DNA of 64,000 bases, from the NCBI GenBank assembly GCA_012295275.1, contig CM022665.1:38502001-38566000 (forward strand), given 5' to 3'. This stretch comes from Chrysomallon squamiferum. Its lineage: Eukaryota; Animalia; Mollusca. Made by a program: the position numbers and the translations under genes. The number at the start of each line of letters is the position of its first letter. The first letter of the stretch is position 1. Below the pieces are notes generated by a model that saw only the letters and a program-made list of their open reading frames with translations, searched no databases and had not been told where the DNA came from. Below, piece by piece: positions 1 to 15,184 of the stretch.

Positions 1-53
<53 letters not shown>

Positions 54-360
54 AAAACACACACACATACACACATACATAAGACAGAGAATATTCAAAA
101 TCCTAAACTACACACATACATACATACATATACACATATACATTCACACATACATACACACATAAATCATACATACATATAATAGAGACATATACATTCA
201 TACACACATACACTTATATACATATATGCATGCATACGCATGCATAATATATATTTATGTGTATATATGTATGTATGTATGTATGTGTATTTGTGTGTGT
301 ATGCATGTATATATATACACAAATACACACACACACATACATACATACATATATACACAT
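1..360. repeat. (CA)n and degenerate CA/TA/CATA microsatellite field
   Basis: Direct inspection. Confidence 0.9.
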
Positions 361-508
361 ATCAAGTTGTGTTGCTAACAAACAGAAAATCTGAACTATT
401 ACACACTCACACGTTTATATGTGAATTAATTTCATTTAACACTAAACTGCATAAACATAAAACAGGTACTGAAAAACACTATCATACAAGACGTTTCTTC
501 ATGTGCAG

Positions 509-683
509 TGATGCACACCTCCTTTACCCGTCGCAAACTCATGGTTCAAGCACGTCCGTTCTGGACAGTGGCTACGGTTCTGGAAGGAAGGAGCAGAGGA
601 CAGAACGGGCAACTATTGACATTCATACACATGGAGATGGTTTTGAATCAACATATCAGTATTTATATACAGATCACGATTAA
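509..683 (+). CDS. Candidate terminal coding exon of an unidentified gene entering from the left of the window
   Basis: Acceptor cgtttcttcatgtgcag|, higher-GC unique sequence between SSR fields, frame DAHLLYPSQTHGSSTSVLDSGYGSGRKEQRTERATIDIHTHGDGFESTYQYLYTDHD*; no homology recognised. Confidence 0.3.
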
Positions 684-1162
684 TAAGGCAGGCCTGAGTT
701 GAGAGAGATGACAAACACTCGACTTGCTACTTAATAAGTCTGTACAAACAACCACGTCAAAAGGTCTTCGCCTGCCGACCTGAGGAGAAAACGTACAATG
801 TATTATGTAGATTATTTAAGTGTTTGTACCTATATCCTGACATTCTGTGTGCTTCTCTTTAGCGCCATCTCTGTCCCCTGTCTGTCTGTCTGTCTGTCTG
901 TCCTCCTCCGTCTCAGTCTGTCTGTCTTGATCTTTCTCTCCATGTTCTTTTCTTTGTTCTTTTCTTTTTTCTCTCTATCATTACAGTACACACTCATACA
1001 CATGGATATGCATTCACAAACGTGTATGTACATATATTTAGAGATACAGTTTACATTCATTTATATTCATACACATGCAAACATACATACATATAAACAT
1101 ACATACACACACATATATACATACATATGCGTACATACAGGATACATACAGGCACACACATG

Positions 1163-1194
<32 letters not shown>

Positions 1195-1987
1195 CATATA
1201 TGCCTACAAACGCACACATTAGTACATACACACATACACACAAGTAAGTACGAACGTACATATATATATATATTCATTCAAACGTACACACTTCTATCAT
1301 CCTTTCACCACAGAACTGTCACACATGCCAGTCGTAACCTCTCCGCAGTTGTGCTTAAGACAGATCCCAATTAAAGTTATTTACGTGTTCCAATGTCACT
1401 CTACTGCTTTATAAATACATATTCATATGCACATTTTTCCGATTCACCTCCACCTACGTTAAATACATTAAGACAACTCGTAAAGTTTTCTTTTTCTTTC
1501 TAATTTGAAAATGTGTGTGAATTAATAGGCGTCCTTGTTATTTTTATTATATTTTGCGCTTGTGTATATAAATCTGTGCATAATATTTTTAATTTTTTTT
1601 TTATGTCTTAATATTTTAAATATTTATTTGTGTCAGTGCATCTTTGTACATACATTGCTAACCGAGATAAATTAAAAAAATATATATTTTATATATGTAA
1701 TTATCTTTACTATCGAAGTAAAGTCCTTCGTAATCTTTGCCCCAGGATTCTCTATATTGTGCTACAGGTTTGTTTATTTCCGTGTACCTGTCAACCCACG
1801 GGTCAGGTGAAAGTACAATAATTTGTCTTACTGATTTATAAGTAGAAATTTTCATGTTATACTTGTAAGCAGTTTGTTTACTTACTTCATACGAGTCAAG
1901 CAAAGCGCCTTGTAAATGGTTAATATTAGACAGAGTTTTAGTTAGACAGAGTAAACGACTTGTTTTGTTTTTACATGGGACTGAGAG

Positions 1988-1990
<3 letters not shown>

Positions 1991-2078
<88 letters not shown>
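1991..2078. repeat. (GA)n microsatellite
   Basis: Direct inspection. Confidence 0.95.
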
Positions 2079-2081
<3 letters not shown>

Positions 2082-3059
2082 CGATAAAGACAAAAACGAC
2101 TAAAAGACTAAGAATGATAACGATACTATTAAACAAATAAAACCATAAAATATTGTTAATATTCCATCATTTCTTTTACTTTAGATTTTGCGATGGACTG
2201 TCCAAATTTATAAAGCTTTAGATAGATCGAATTCTCAAATTTTTTAGAATAATTTGTTATTGTCTTTATTCGGATCAGAAAAGATTTAACATAAATATGA
2301 TATGAAAAATGCCTTACTCCACCTATTTATTATTCTTCTTTTTTTTTTTTTTTTTTTAAATTATTTCTTGTTTTTCATTATTCTTGTCCTTATCATTGGA
2401 CATGGCTGAAACAAGGTACAAGCGAACCTATAATCAAATGGTTTTAGGTTTTCACTGTTTTTGTGCTCGGACCAAAGAGCTACTTCAATAACATTCTGTT
2501 CCAGTTCATTGTTCACTAATCGTTTTCATCAGGAAGAAATATATATATATATATATACATATAAAAAAACCAGGACTTTCGGTAGAAACTGATAGCATCC
2601 ATTATAAACGAAGCCAAAAAGACAACCCGTGGACACAATTAACTCGAGGTATTTACCAATAATAACACGAAAATATCGCCCACTGGGCGGTAGGTGTTGG
2701 ACATGGGAAGAAAGATTATCGCGCCTTCAGACCCTGAAGAGTTATCAGAATAGGGCTAATAACTGTCACAAGATAACCCCCCTGGCAGCTCTGTCCACAG
2801 ACGAAACGAAGAGACAATGCAACATGTTGTTTGGGAGAAACGTAATCGATAGCCCGATGTCATTTCCGGAAAATGTATTTTCAGGACTTCTTTTTCTGAA
2901 GATTTCTAATAAATATGGTGTAGAGTACGTTGATATAGTGTTGTATTTCAAATTGAAACTTGTTTTCTTCGTGTTTGAAACTTTGTTTAGGACATGTTGG
3001 ATAATAATAATAATAATAACAATAACAACAACAACAACAATTATAATAATAACGATAAC

Positions 3060-3091
<32 letters not shown>

Positions 3092-4115
3092 GAAGAAGAA
3101 ACAGCAACAAAAGAGCAACAACATCGACAACGATAATAATACCTTTTTATATATGTATTCCTGTACAAATAAAAAAATATAAAAAAATCTTGCCAGCTTT
3201 AGAACGCTAAATAATATACAACACTTTAATGACACTTTGATAACCCATCAACGACAGTAATATTAAAGCGGCTCTGAAAACTTTTCGACGAAGTGTGAGC
3301 TGAGCATTCAAGTAATTGTATTTTCCCTTGAAATGTAATTACTATATAAATTTACATGTACTAGAATTATTTTTAAAATCTTTTTCAGCTGCCATTTTCA
3401 GCTGGCCATTAATTACGCATATTAAAACCCGAACAAAGACATATTGATAAAGCTGCATATCATTATCTATAAAGTACAAATATTTTAAATGTTGCGTATC
3501 AGTTCAGGGCCATCAATTTGTTAATGAAGAATATCGTTTAGAACATATGATCAATAATGAGTCACGTGACATACCGTTTGATTATTATCGTATGCCATTA
3601 AGTTAAGTAGCTAGAACGATGATTGGCTTTGAAACACGTCTGCATGTACTTTTTAAAGTTATTAACATAACACACACAGACACACATTTATTGAAATCAC
3701 AACCTGCACAAAATGTACGACGGATGCTTTAAGATACTAATTTTTTTTTTTTTTTCAACCGTGCACGCAGCCATTTTACGCTTTTCATCTACGTCAACTT
3801 ATGTAAACATGATCGTGTTTTTTCTGGGACAAGTTTTATCCCATGGCAGAAGCTACATACATCACGACTCACATTAATGTCAACAGAATAGTCGCTGATT
3901 AATTAATTTGAAGGTTACAAGTGCCTGTACATAATCTATAGCCTTAGTTTTTTGGTGTGTTTTTTTCACGATATATTGCCTAGTATTATTAACGGTTTCA
4001 TTTCCATGATACACTTTCATGTTTACAGTTTTCTATTATCATAATAATATAAATTTAGTAACATACATACTAATACAAATATAAACCATTTTATTTATTT
4101 ATTTATTTATTTATG

Positions 4116-4165
<50 letters not shown>

Positions 4166-6003
4166 ATAACTCTTTAATTATATCTGTAACACAAATCAAG
4201 GCTAGTAAAATAATTGATTAATAGTTTCAATGTCTTAGAAAACTTAATATTCTCAACAGTATTTCACATTAAGTATCGTTTCTAATATTATATTTTAATG
4301 CATTTATTCTTAATTTATTTCTTTTTCTCCTTAAATCAATCATTACACTGAAATGAAACAAAAAGCTATTGTATATTTTTATCATTTATAAAAATCATTC
4401 AATGAGAGGTCATTACATAGATCTTACGAGTACTTTTCTTAAACTTAAGTACTGGAATAATCATCTGATTTCAAACAAGCGATTACAATAACACATAAAG
4501 AGGATGCCATAGAGTATCTGTTGTTCTTTTCTGTTTGATCTTTTACATTTAGTCCAGATCTTAAACTAGTTAATTAAATGATAATTATGTTAAATGCCAT
4601 CCAAACGAGCGTTAAATGACTGTCAGTAAAATGCATTATAACATCTCGTTAATAAAATTATGAGTAACACAGTGGATTTAAGATTGTGTAAGAGTTTACT
4701 GGGTAATGAAGCGGAAACCTTTCACACGTTGATATAATGCTGGAACTCGGGATGTGGTTGGAGTTAATGTTCTGTTTTATATTATACGTAACATTATTAC
4801 TTCATGTTACAATAGCCGAATTACGAAAGATTTATGGGATAAAAAATTAAAAAAAAAAGGTGAAAAAAGAAGAAGAGAGAGAGGGAGAGAGAGAGAAAGA
4901 AAAAAAAAAAAAAAAAGAGAATGAAAACGAAGTCATAAAACTATCATGGGACGTCATACATTTTGGAGCTAAACGAATGTTGATGTGTTTATTGTAATAA
5001 CGGGCGTAAAATACAGGTATCCCTGTTGCACAAATTACAGAATCGGGCAGCCTGCGGAATACCAACACGTTATCCTTTCGTATACACAGCAATGATTATT
5101 ATTCATTCTTAGTTACCCGACTCTGTAAACCGATACACGGTACTCAATGGTGCTCGAAAGAGGGCGGGAGATTGTGGAATACCACTGATGCGACTAATCC
5201 CATTTTTTTTCAGAGTTTCAACAATTGAGAGTGTTTTTCAGCGAAGAACAGCCCTCTCGCCAAAGAAACAAACTCGCAGTTTTGTTGCTCTCACGGCCAC
5301 TTCAGTAATCTTTTTTTTTTTCTTACTCCTCCAAGAACCAATGATGTGGAGAGCGCGTTTTTAAAAAGTAAATAATAACTCATGAAAAAGCATTTCTCGG
5401 TTAATTAAAGTCATAAAAGGATATAGGATACTACGGAGAGATAAAACAGCGCGAGGTAAGCTCGCAGAGTAAGTAGATTGGTGAAGCATTTCCAAAAAAA
5501 ACCTATTCACCGGTCGCAGGGTTAGAGTTTCACTATATACCGGAGTAAGCACACCCAGGTTAGGCCTGGCTCACGATACCGATGAAATTTCAAAGTAGGG
5601 TTTTGTTATCTCTGTTTAGTTACTATTGCTTGTTATTCTTTTTTCTTCTTCTCCTCCCGTCTCTTATTTGGCTTAACTATGAAGGAATGCGTTACGTCAG
5701 GTTACAAAAAAGAAGTATTAAGTTATTCATAGTGACGGGTCTTCGGCTATATCTCAGATGATGGGTTTGGCTTCAAAGGGAGGGATTCAAGTTTTAAGCC
5801 CCTTTGATAGGATTGCACCACAAGTATCTCCACTTGAAGACGATGACTATTTTGAATTGAGTATAGCGAGATAAGATCACACGAATTACACAAACACGAT
5901 GGCACTCTTAAAAAAATTAAAAATGTTAATAAATAATAAAATAACGATAAAAGTAATTATAATAACCCAACAACAACAATAACAACGATCTGAAACTGCT
6001 CAC

Positions 6004-6103
<100 letters not shown>

Positions 6104-6524
6104 ATATATATATCTGTCTGTCTACCTATCTATCTTTCTATCTGTCTCTCTCTCCTTTTCTCTCAGCCAACAGGGTATATTACAAAATGTCTGTAATCAA
6201 TATCCTTTTTTTAAAAACCTTTAAACTAAAGGTCATATAATTTCTAAAGTACAACCATACATATATTAGTATCATATTAAACTCTTTATATTCTTGTTGA
6301 CTTTCGAAAGCACACTCACACTCAGCAGTATAAAACAGCAGTACAAACTAAGCGACATATTTCAGCTCGTATCATTCACGTTCGAAGCTTCAATCCAAAA
6401 CTGTCAATACACAGTGACGTAGATGTTGCTACTGTATACTGTATGTCAGAGAAATAGAACAATACTTGAAACATATAGGGTAAAACAAATTATGAACCTA
6501 AAACTAAGGATCAAACACCCTAAT

Positions 6525-6572
<48 letters not shown>

Positions 6573-6671
6573 TACTACTACAACTACTACTACTGCTGCT
6601 ACTACTACTACTACTACTGCAACTACTACTACTACTGCTGCTACTACTGCTGCTACTTCTATTACTACTAC
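6525..6671. repeat. (TAC)n/(TGC) interrupted trinucleotide microsatellite
   Basis: Direct inspection. Confidence 0.93.
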
Positions 6672-6884
6672 CAGTAATTATAATAGTACTTTTATTATTA
6701 ATATCATCATCATCATCATCATCATCGTAGTCGTCATGGTCATCATTTTTTAATTCTCCGGAATAAGCAAGAAATAAACAACTTCAAAAAAGGAAGGCGT
6801 GAAATAAAATAAAATAAATAAAATAAAATAAAATAAAAAATGAAATGAAACTCCCAAATAACGAAATATACAAACCACAAAACA

Positions 6885-6949
<65 letters not shown>

Positions 6950-8036
6950 GCAGCAACAACAATATATTAAAAAGGTCGTAGATTAATGTTTACCTTATAA
7001 GAATTATATATATGAAATAGATGTGATATATATAAATTTAAAAAGCTAATATTTTGAATAAAGCCCTCATTATTCTAGATCTTTATATGTTGCTAAGAAA
7101 ACGTCATCGAAATGTTGTGACGTTATAACAAGGACATCAACGAATCTCACCGAAATTGCTCACATGTAAGTACATCTAGCCTGCATTCCTTTATCTATTG
7201 TTATTACGACGAATGTTAATAGCTTTGTGATTTATTAATGATAGAATTAAGAACGATAACGGTAATACGATATAATTATAATAGCAATAAATCGTGTAAC
7301 ATTATATGGATTGCTGATCTATTTTGGTAAACTAGTAGTTCACAAAAGGTTATCTTAACCAAGTGGTTTCTTTCAAGCTAGGAGTCGTATAGAATTTTAC
7401 AGCAAGTAGTGTCATATATTACATTTATTTTAAAACTGCCGTGATAATATTTAGTAAATCACCCAAAGATAAACATGCTTTTTTTCTTCTTCTCTCTTAA
7501 CTAATCCTGAGTAAATGAATAACTTTGACAGGACGGCCGAATGAATATGTGCAAATACTATTTAAGAAAATCCTTACTGAAGGCTGTAACTCAATACCAA
7601 CCATTTACAGGTTTCTGTGTATAATAAAAACTTAAATCGTCTTTAATTTCGGTCTTATAAACATGGATTACAATTAGTTATTTGATGTTAATGTAATTCA
7701 TGGACTTCAGTTGCATTCATTTTTATTTAACGCAAAATTTAGTTACCAAAGAGAGGTAGTTTTAATAATAATTTGATTATAACCTACAGTAAAAAAAACA
7801 AGTGATTTGGAAACGTGTGGTATTTAGTTCACGAATTAAAATAAATAATCAGTTATCAGTTTGGCTTAGTGGTAAGAAAGCCTACTCGTACTGGTTGCGA
7901 TATAAAGTAAGTGTTTGACCAGCAGTACACACTCTGACACACTGTTACTAATCACAGAAACCACTGGTTGATCTCGGTAGGATTAACTAAACTTATTCAA
8001 TAGATTAAAAGCAGAAAATTGAAATAGATATAACAA

Positions 8037-8077
<41 letters not shown>

Positions 8078-8654
8078 TGAATTATGTCCAGTGAACAGTG
8101 CACTTTGAACTAAGTTCTGATTACAAGTCATTAAAAAGAATAAATACGAAAGCAATATCAAAGACACACTCGAAACCTTACTGAAGCCTGAAAAAAACCC
8201 AGTTTACAATTGTTATAGGCTCACCGCGGTTTACGTATGTTAATCAGCTATCGAGATCGTCTTAACGTTATTATTTCGAGGGATTACGTACAAAGCTCAC
8301 GAACACGACCTCGGCCAACACGTTGTCGTCAATTTTCACTCGTCGTCTGTGCAGCCTGTGAAACAACGTCGCCGACGGTGTTTGCTTTAGTCCATAAAAC
8401 AGTCAGAAAAATAACACTAACGACACTTCGATTGATTTTTAATGTTCAATTTATTACGGAGATGAAATAGTTTCTCGAGAATTGTGTCAGGCGATGTAGT
8501 GAACTGAAATAAGTAACAAATAAAACTCTGGCTTTATCAGCCAACCACGAAACGCTTAGCAAACATTCTAATCAGCTGCGATCAATTATAAAAAGACATT
8601 TCGAAAACGGGTGGTTGTAAAGGAATTTTTACAGCTTCAAAAATACTGAATTAG

Positions 8655-9282
8655 TTTAGTTAAGATTATGTTACAATCTCCAGAATTCAATCAAAATATA
8701 TCTTGTTAGTAATTAGATTTCTTTTGTGTTTTTTTGTTTGTTTTTTTGGTGAGTTTTTAGATGGAAAATGTGTGAATAAAGATTAACGTTACAATTTTCA
8801 GAATTCTGTTAAAATAGATCTTGTTAAAACTAAGATTTTATTTTTTATTTTCCGCCAATGAATTTGTTTTTAAGAATTTCGTTATCAACTTTGAAATTCA
8901 ATTAAAATATGTTTTGTTAATCTGTAATTTTCTGCATCATTTTGGCGTTAATTTCTGATTAAAAATTACGTTATAATTTTCAGAATTTAATTAAAATATA
9001 TCATATTAATAATTTAGTTTTTCTTTTTCTTTTTTTTTATGATCGTGAATTTAGCGTTAAAGATTTTATTACAAATTACAGAATTTAATTAAAATATTTC
9101 TTGCTGAATCGTAGATTTCTAGTTAAAGATTTTATAACAAACACTAGAATTTAATTAAAATATAATTAAAATATATCTTGTTGATGCCAAGAGTTTTTGC
9201 AGTTTAAATGTCGTGAATTTGTAATTAAAATTTACTTTTCAAATTAATTAAAATGTCTTGTTTAATTAAAATATCTTATTAA
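8655..9282. repeat. Degenerate tandem array, ~7 copies of a ~45-bp AT-rich core at ~65-120 bp spacing
   Basis: Recurring AAGATT..GTTACAATTTTCAGAATTTAATTAAAATATATCTTGTT; core near 8681, 8799, 8893, 8981, 9079, 9146, 9240. Confidence 0.8.
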
Positions 9283-9460
9283 CACATGTAAAGAATGTTT
9301 AAACAGGTAACTGATATTGTTTTTTAGTTTTACAGTCACGTAAATAACGACTGGCACTGGAAGCGTTTCAAATGTAATTAAGATAAGTGATAGCTTCTAA
9401 ACCTCTATCTCCATTCACTCATAGAACGTTAAAAAATAGTTTATCTACATGTATGAGTGC

Positions 9461-9503
<43 letters not shown>

Positions 9504-9532
9504 TGTGTGTGTGCTTGTGGATGTGTGTGCGT

Positions 9533-9566
<34 letters not shown>

Positions 9567-10610
9567 CAACAGTAATAAGTATAAAAAATGAAAGTCGTAA
9601 AATTTATAAATGAACTCTAACCAAAGCTGATATTTTAACAAATATATCGGTATTAAAATGTGTTTATGGTTTATACGAAGAAATAATCTAAATTAATATA
9701 TTAAAAATGCTTCCATGCTATTCTCTATTTCTTAAACGTCGTCCAATATTTATTAAAAACGTGCAAGTCAACGACGTTTATAAAACTGACTGTAAGAAAA
9801 ACTGGTATTTTAAGACTAGCAAAGACGCAGTAAAGATGAAAGAATCCATTGAGAATAAATGGAAACTCCAGTATAACAGACGACCATTTCAGTACATCTA
9901 AATCTTTCCATTCTCAATACCAAACTAATTTTCAAGTTTTAAATTTCAATATTCAGACGATTCAAAAGCCTTCTCAGTGAGAAAGCAATACCGTGTGATA
10001 GATTACAAAACACAATTTCCTAAGAAAAATAAAATCAGGAGAAAAGAAAATGATATGAACATACGTGTCACTGACAAACCTATTACATTAAAATATCTTG
10101 CACCACGGGGGACCCGTGGGCTACACTATGTCCAGATAAAACCCACATAGAAACGTTGTGTTTACTCGTGTCAAGAGTCCCGTGCACGTCACTTTCAGGT
10201 TATCAGGCGCCCCGCGTGAACTGACGTATCTGTTCGTTACGCTGTCTTCTCATTTGTGCCTGTTAGACAGCGAGCCACTTTATACCAGTTGTTATGAAAG
10301 TATTGCTCAACTCGTCGTTGCTTCCAATTGTTGTTGTTGTTGTTGTTGTTGTTATTGTTATTGCTGTTTATTATTATTGTCATTATTGTTGTTGTTGTTG
10401 TTGGTGGTATTATTGTTATTACAATTATTATTGTTGTCATTGTTATTGTTGTTAACATATTTTAAAAATTAAACATTTTGATATTACAAAGATTTCGTAA
10501 ATTTAAGCAATTTAGACATTAATCAAAACAGAAGAGAGAGTAAAATAAAAATAAAGAGAACCAAAAACAACGACTGATACGAAATTTAATTGTCTGAAGC
10601 ATACTTTAAG

Positions 10611-10642
<32 letters not shown>

Positions 10643-13212
10643 GAAAGAAAGAAAACCACAATAAAAAAAAGAAAGAAAACAAATCCTACAAACATACACC
10701 TACATACAAACACACACAAAGACCAAAAAAAAAAAAAAAAAAAAAATTCACAAACAAGAAAACGAAAATAACAAAACAAAAACAAACACATAAAACAATA
10801 CTAAGCCCCCACCACAAAACATAACCACCGACACGATGTAATTTGTACCTTCACCTTTTCTGCAATCGATCTACAAATATATTTTTCGTTAGTGTCATGT
10901 TTTTGTTATATGAATTCAGATAGCGTCTCCGTCATCTTGTTGGATTTACTCTTATAACCATTCTCGTTTGTAAAACTATTTCCTGTCATGCTCGGTTTAT
11001 AGAAAACAAAACACATCTCCATTAAAAGTTTTATGTCATCTGACAAGCAGATCTTTCTTTTTATTTTCCCCGGTGAAAGTTTGGAAAATAATATGCGCTT
11101 CATTTCAGTTCAGCTTTGTAAACCTCATAAATAAAATTTAAAGTCTAAGCCAAGAAAGGTGTCTTTAATCCTTTTTTTCTTTTACATTGTTGTCTTCTTT
11201 TAAAGAAGAAAAAAAAAAACAAAAAACAACAACTGTATGGGCTTTTTCTTTCTTTCTTTAAAAGCATTTATAAGTACAGAAAAGTTATCTTTTACCATCG
11301 TTTGATAAAAGTTCGGAAATCATTAGGGAATGATTAGGTAAATTTTCAGTGACGGCTGAAATTTGATATATCTGAAAGCAGCAATTTCAGAGAGCACTTG
11401 AGATATCTCCACTTAAAAAAAAAAAAAAAAAAAAAAAATAATAATAATATATATATATATATATTTTTTTTTTTTTTCGTTCATATTCAAAACATTATAG
11501 TTTCAAGCAGTGTTTTTGTGACTGGTGTATATATAGAAAGTGCTTTTGTACTCGTATAAGTGATTTCACATCAAAATATCTCATGACTGGAACTGAGGTG
11601 AATTGGTTGGTAACTGTTTCCAGATCAGGACTTCATGGTTACAGAAATATTGTGTTAAAACCAGTTAGTATTAAAATGTTGGTTACCACAGAAATAAAAA
11701 TTCTTGTAAATTAATTTGGAAACTGTTTTCTTGTACGGTGTATTTCTGTTACTGCCAGTTTCTGCGGAAGATGCGCAATTTTTGAGCAATAACACATATT
11801 TGACACTTAATGATATAGTGTTTGTGTGTGTATGAGGATGTTTGTATTATATATATATATATACATATTTGATCCAAATTTTCACGTTCTTTCCACTTTC
11901 CTCTTCGTTTTCAATATGTTTTATCATTCATTCAGTCGTGTATTCCCTTTTTCAATCACATACTCATCATATTGATTCTACCATACATTAATTTATTGTT
12001 TTATTATATATTTATTATTATTTGTAAGAATTTTGTGTTTGATGCAAATGCAAGAACTATTTTAAATTATTTGTTGCTGATAATTTAATTTTCGTTTCCG
12101 AAAGTTTATTAAGTCTTTCGCCATTTCGCCAAAGAACAAACGCAATGCGCTTTTAAACGACATGGCTAGTAACATATAATTAAAATGTTCGGTCAATTTT
12201 TTCAAACTGTCTTCTTTCGCTTTTTGTTTTTTTGTTTTATTTTTGTTTCTCATCTGTTTTGTGTGCATTTCTTATTTAAAAAAAAAAAAACTATCTCTAC
12301 AACATATTTTGTCACTTATTCTTTTCGGTTAGTTGTGAACTAGCGAACACAGAGTAGAGTATCAGTGTATAATGTCTATTCGAAAATCTCTACAAGCCAT
12401 CATCATGAATTTTGCAGAAAAAAACAAGACGAAGAAAGGCGCCATCGATCTACTTTGAACCTAACGCTAATTCTGTGCGACACGAGACATTATTTAATGA
12501 CACATAATCGTTCTTACTACAATACTATTTACTATACGCCGACACGCCTGTTACTTTCTCCTCATTGAAAGCAAGGCTTCTTCGGGACCTGGCGATATTG
12601 AGATAGACGCAATCCAGAACTTTGCTGAGACGAAAAAGCACAGTGGCTCCCTTTTTCCTCCTGATACAATCTTATGCCCAGCAAACCAGAAAAAGCCCTT
12701 TCACGGGTTTTCTTCTCACGAACAAAATAAATTTTTTATACGTATTGATTTTAAAGCCTTGTGGGGCGAGATTGCCTGAAACGATATCACTGTTATTAGG
12801 ACATGATGAACTCGTCAGAGCAGCGCAAAGTGCGATGGGTGATTCATACATTTCTTCCTAAGAGATTCTGCTGAAGTCTTCGTAACCGTTGCAGAAACAT
12901 ACCAGTAATCACTGTTACGATTGTTGTACAAGGAATGAAAAATCGTATATAACTCATAAATAAATATATTTGAGATATGTTTATATATAATTACAGAAGC
13001 CTATAAATGAACTTGCATGTTAATTACTTCAGTTAAAGATTCACAGCTGCATTGTGAAAATGTATACGTATGGAATATGTTTTTCTCTGTATGAGAAAGT
13101 ACAATCCATTTTCAAAAACAGTTAGAAAATAATACCAACAACAAAAAACCACCCCCAAAACAACCACAAACAAACAAACAAACAAACAAACAAAAAAAAA
13201 AAAAAAAAAAAA

Positions 13213-13246
<34 letters not shown>

Positions 13247-14742
13247 AAATAAAAAACCTGTTAATAATATTCATTTATTCGTTCGTTCGATCATTCATCC
13301 ATTCGTTTGTTCATTCATTCATTTATTCATTCGACCTCTTCTCCAGTGATGGTATCGTAAGCTTTCATCACTCTTTTTCTCACACTAGTGACGTCCATTT
13401 AATGCAGAGGGTCTTCATAACCATTTTTCAGTTTATTACAACTTAACAACTTTAAAGTTTCGGCGAGTGTAAAAGAAAAACCGACTGACCGCAATAGACC
13501 TATCTCCACGATGTATACTGGGTGTCATTGTCGAAAAGAGGGTCATATATAAAAATCATTTTTTATCATCTAGTCGAATCTTCGTCTCTTACAAATATAT
13601 CTAAGGTCATACCTTCTTGACCACGAGGTTTAACAAAGATGATGACCTGAATTGGACACTCTTGGCCAATTAATCTTTGTGGTGATTTTTTTTTTCCATG
13701 GGTGTTTTCAGGTCTTCGTTTTCAAATTCAAAAATAAGTGAATAAAATAATAATTATCTTATTTACCATGACGCTGTGAGTATGATCATATTTACCTTGT
13801 GAACAATTAACTTTGTTTTTTTTCCAGTTTTTCTAAATCTACTTCAAATAGACAATAATGTTCCATGGTCTTTCATACACGCTTTTATTGAATGGAATAT
13901 AGGATGTCTAAGATACTGCATGATTTTCATGAATCTTTTGGGGCAAATTATTTGTCGATGATGTATCTTTGTGGAAAAAAGATCTTGCGATGAGCGATCA
14001 GGTTAGGACCAATCCTCGTCAGCTGGTTTATCAAAAGATCCAGCTTTTGCTATCATTTTTTCAGTAGTAATCTCTCTTTCATTTTCTCTCTCATTTGTAC
14101 TGTGTCTTAATTTTATGTAAAACTCATGAAACCGTAGATTAAACAGTATCGTTAAATAAAACCGTTCCACCATTCATCAGAATATCTTTCTTAGATTTCA
14201 TTTTCTTCTTCTTTTTCTACGACTTCTTATCCGTATGTATGTCAGTCCCCTCTTTAGCTCTCTCTCTTTCGTAGGCCCTCTTGAATAACATGCATGAATG
14301 ACTGATAATACTAATATATATCTAAAAGTTGTTAGTATATCAGTGGAACGAATGCATATTAAAGGCTGAATAACATAAGTGAAAGAAGATGCTATATACC
14401 AGAGCTTTTAATAAAAATTTATGAAATGTAAATTTTTCTATCCTTGAAAACACTGCCATGCAAAATATACGATGTACTAATATAGAGTCAAACAAACATT
14501 TGGTATACCGCTAAGAAATTATATATATGCATAATTTTGTTTTTATAGTATATTGTATAATGGCCTGTTTATATCAAAGCCTCCATGAGATTTATGACCA
14601 AACCAAGATCATAGGTATCTCCAAACACATTCATCTATCAGCAATTTATATATATATAGAGAGTAAGATCTGAAATTTCTTCATTGTAATGGCCTCTAAA
14701 ATGATATATATATATGTGTGTATAAACGAAAATATAATAAAT

Positions 14743-14799
<57 letters not shown>

Positions 14800-15008
14800 A
14801 AAGCAAGAGAAATAAGACCCATAGAAATCTGATACATATTCTCTGCCATGTGAAAAAGAAATGAAAGGACACGTAGGAGATACAGTTTAAGATAAATCTC
14901 TATAAATGTATTTTATTTCTTTGCAGGATTACAGACTTTTTCGCGAATGGATGTGAGTATAATCATTAAAATAGCAAAGAATGCTTTTCTGAGCGATCAC
15001 TTTTTGAA

Positions 15009-15066
<58 letters not shown>

Positions 15067-15145
15067 CTGTCTCTGACTATATCTATATGGACACTATAAA
15101 ACCTATCTCCAAACGGGTACATACAGGTAATAAATAAATAAATAT

Positions 15146-15184
<39 letters not shown>

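Noticed and set aside
2629-3210. 193-aa ORF
   Set aside because: GTG start, second half is an AAT/AAC microsatellite, no recognisable domain
7855-8073. Possible tRNA-derived SINE (TGGCTTAGTGG A-box-like sequence, downstream poly-A)
   Set aside because: No convincing B box, TSD or second copy in the window
10103-10119. Hairpin CCACGGG-GGA-CCCGTGG as a Helitron 3' end or terminator
   Set aside because: No downstream CTRR terminus; intrinsic terminators do not apply to this eukaryotic context
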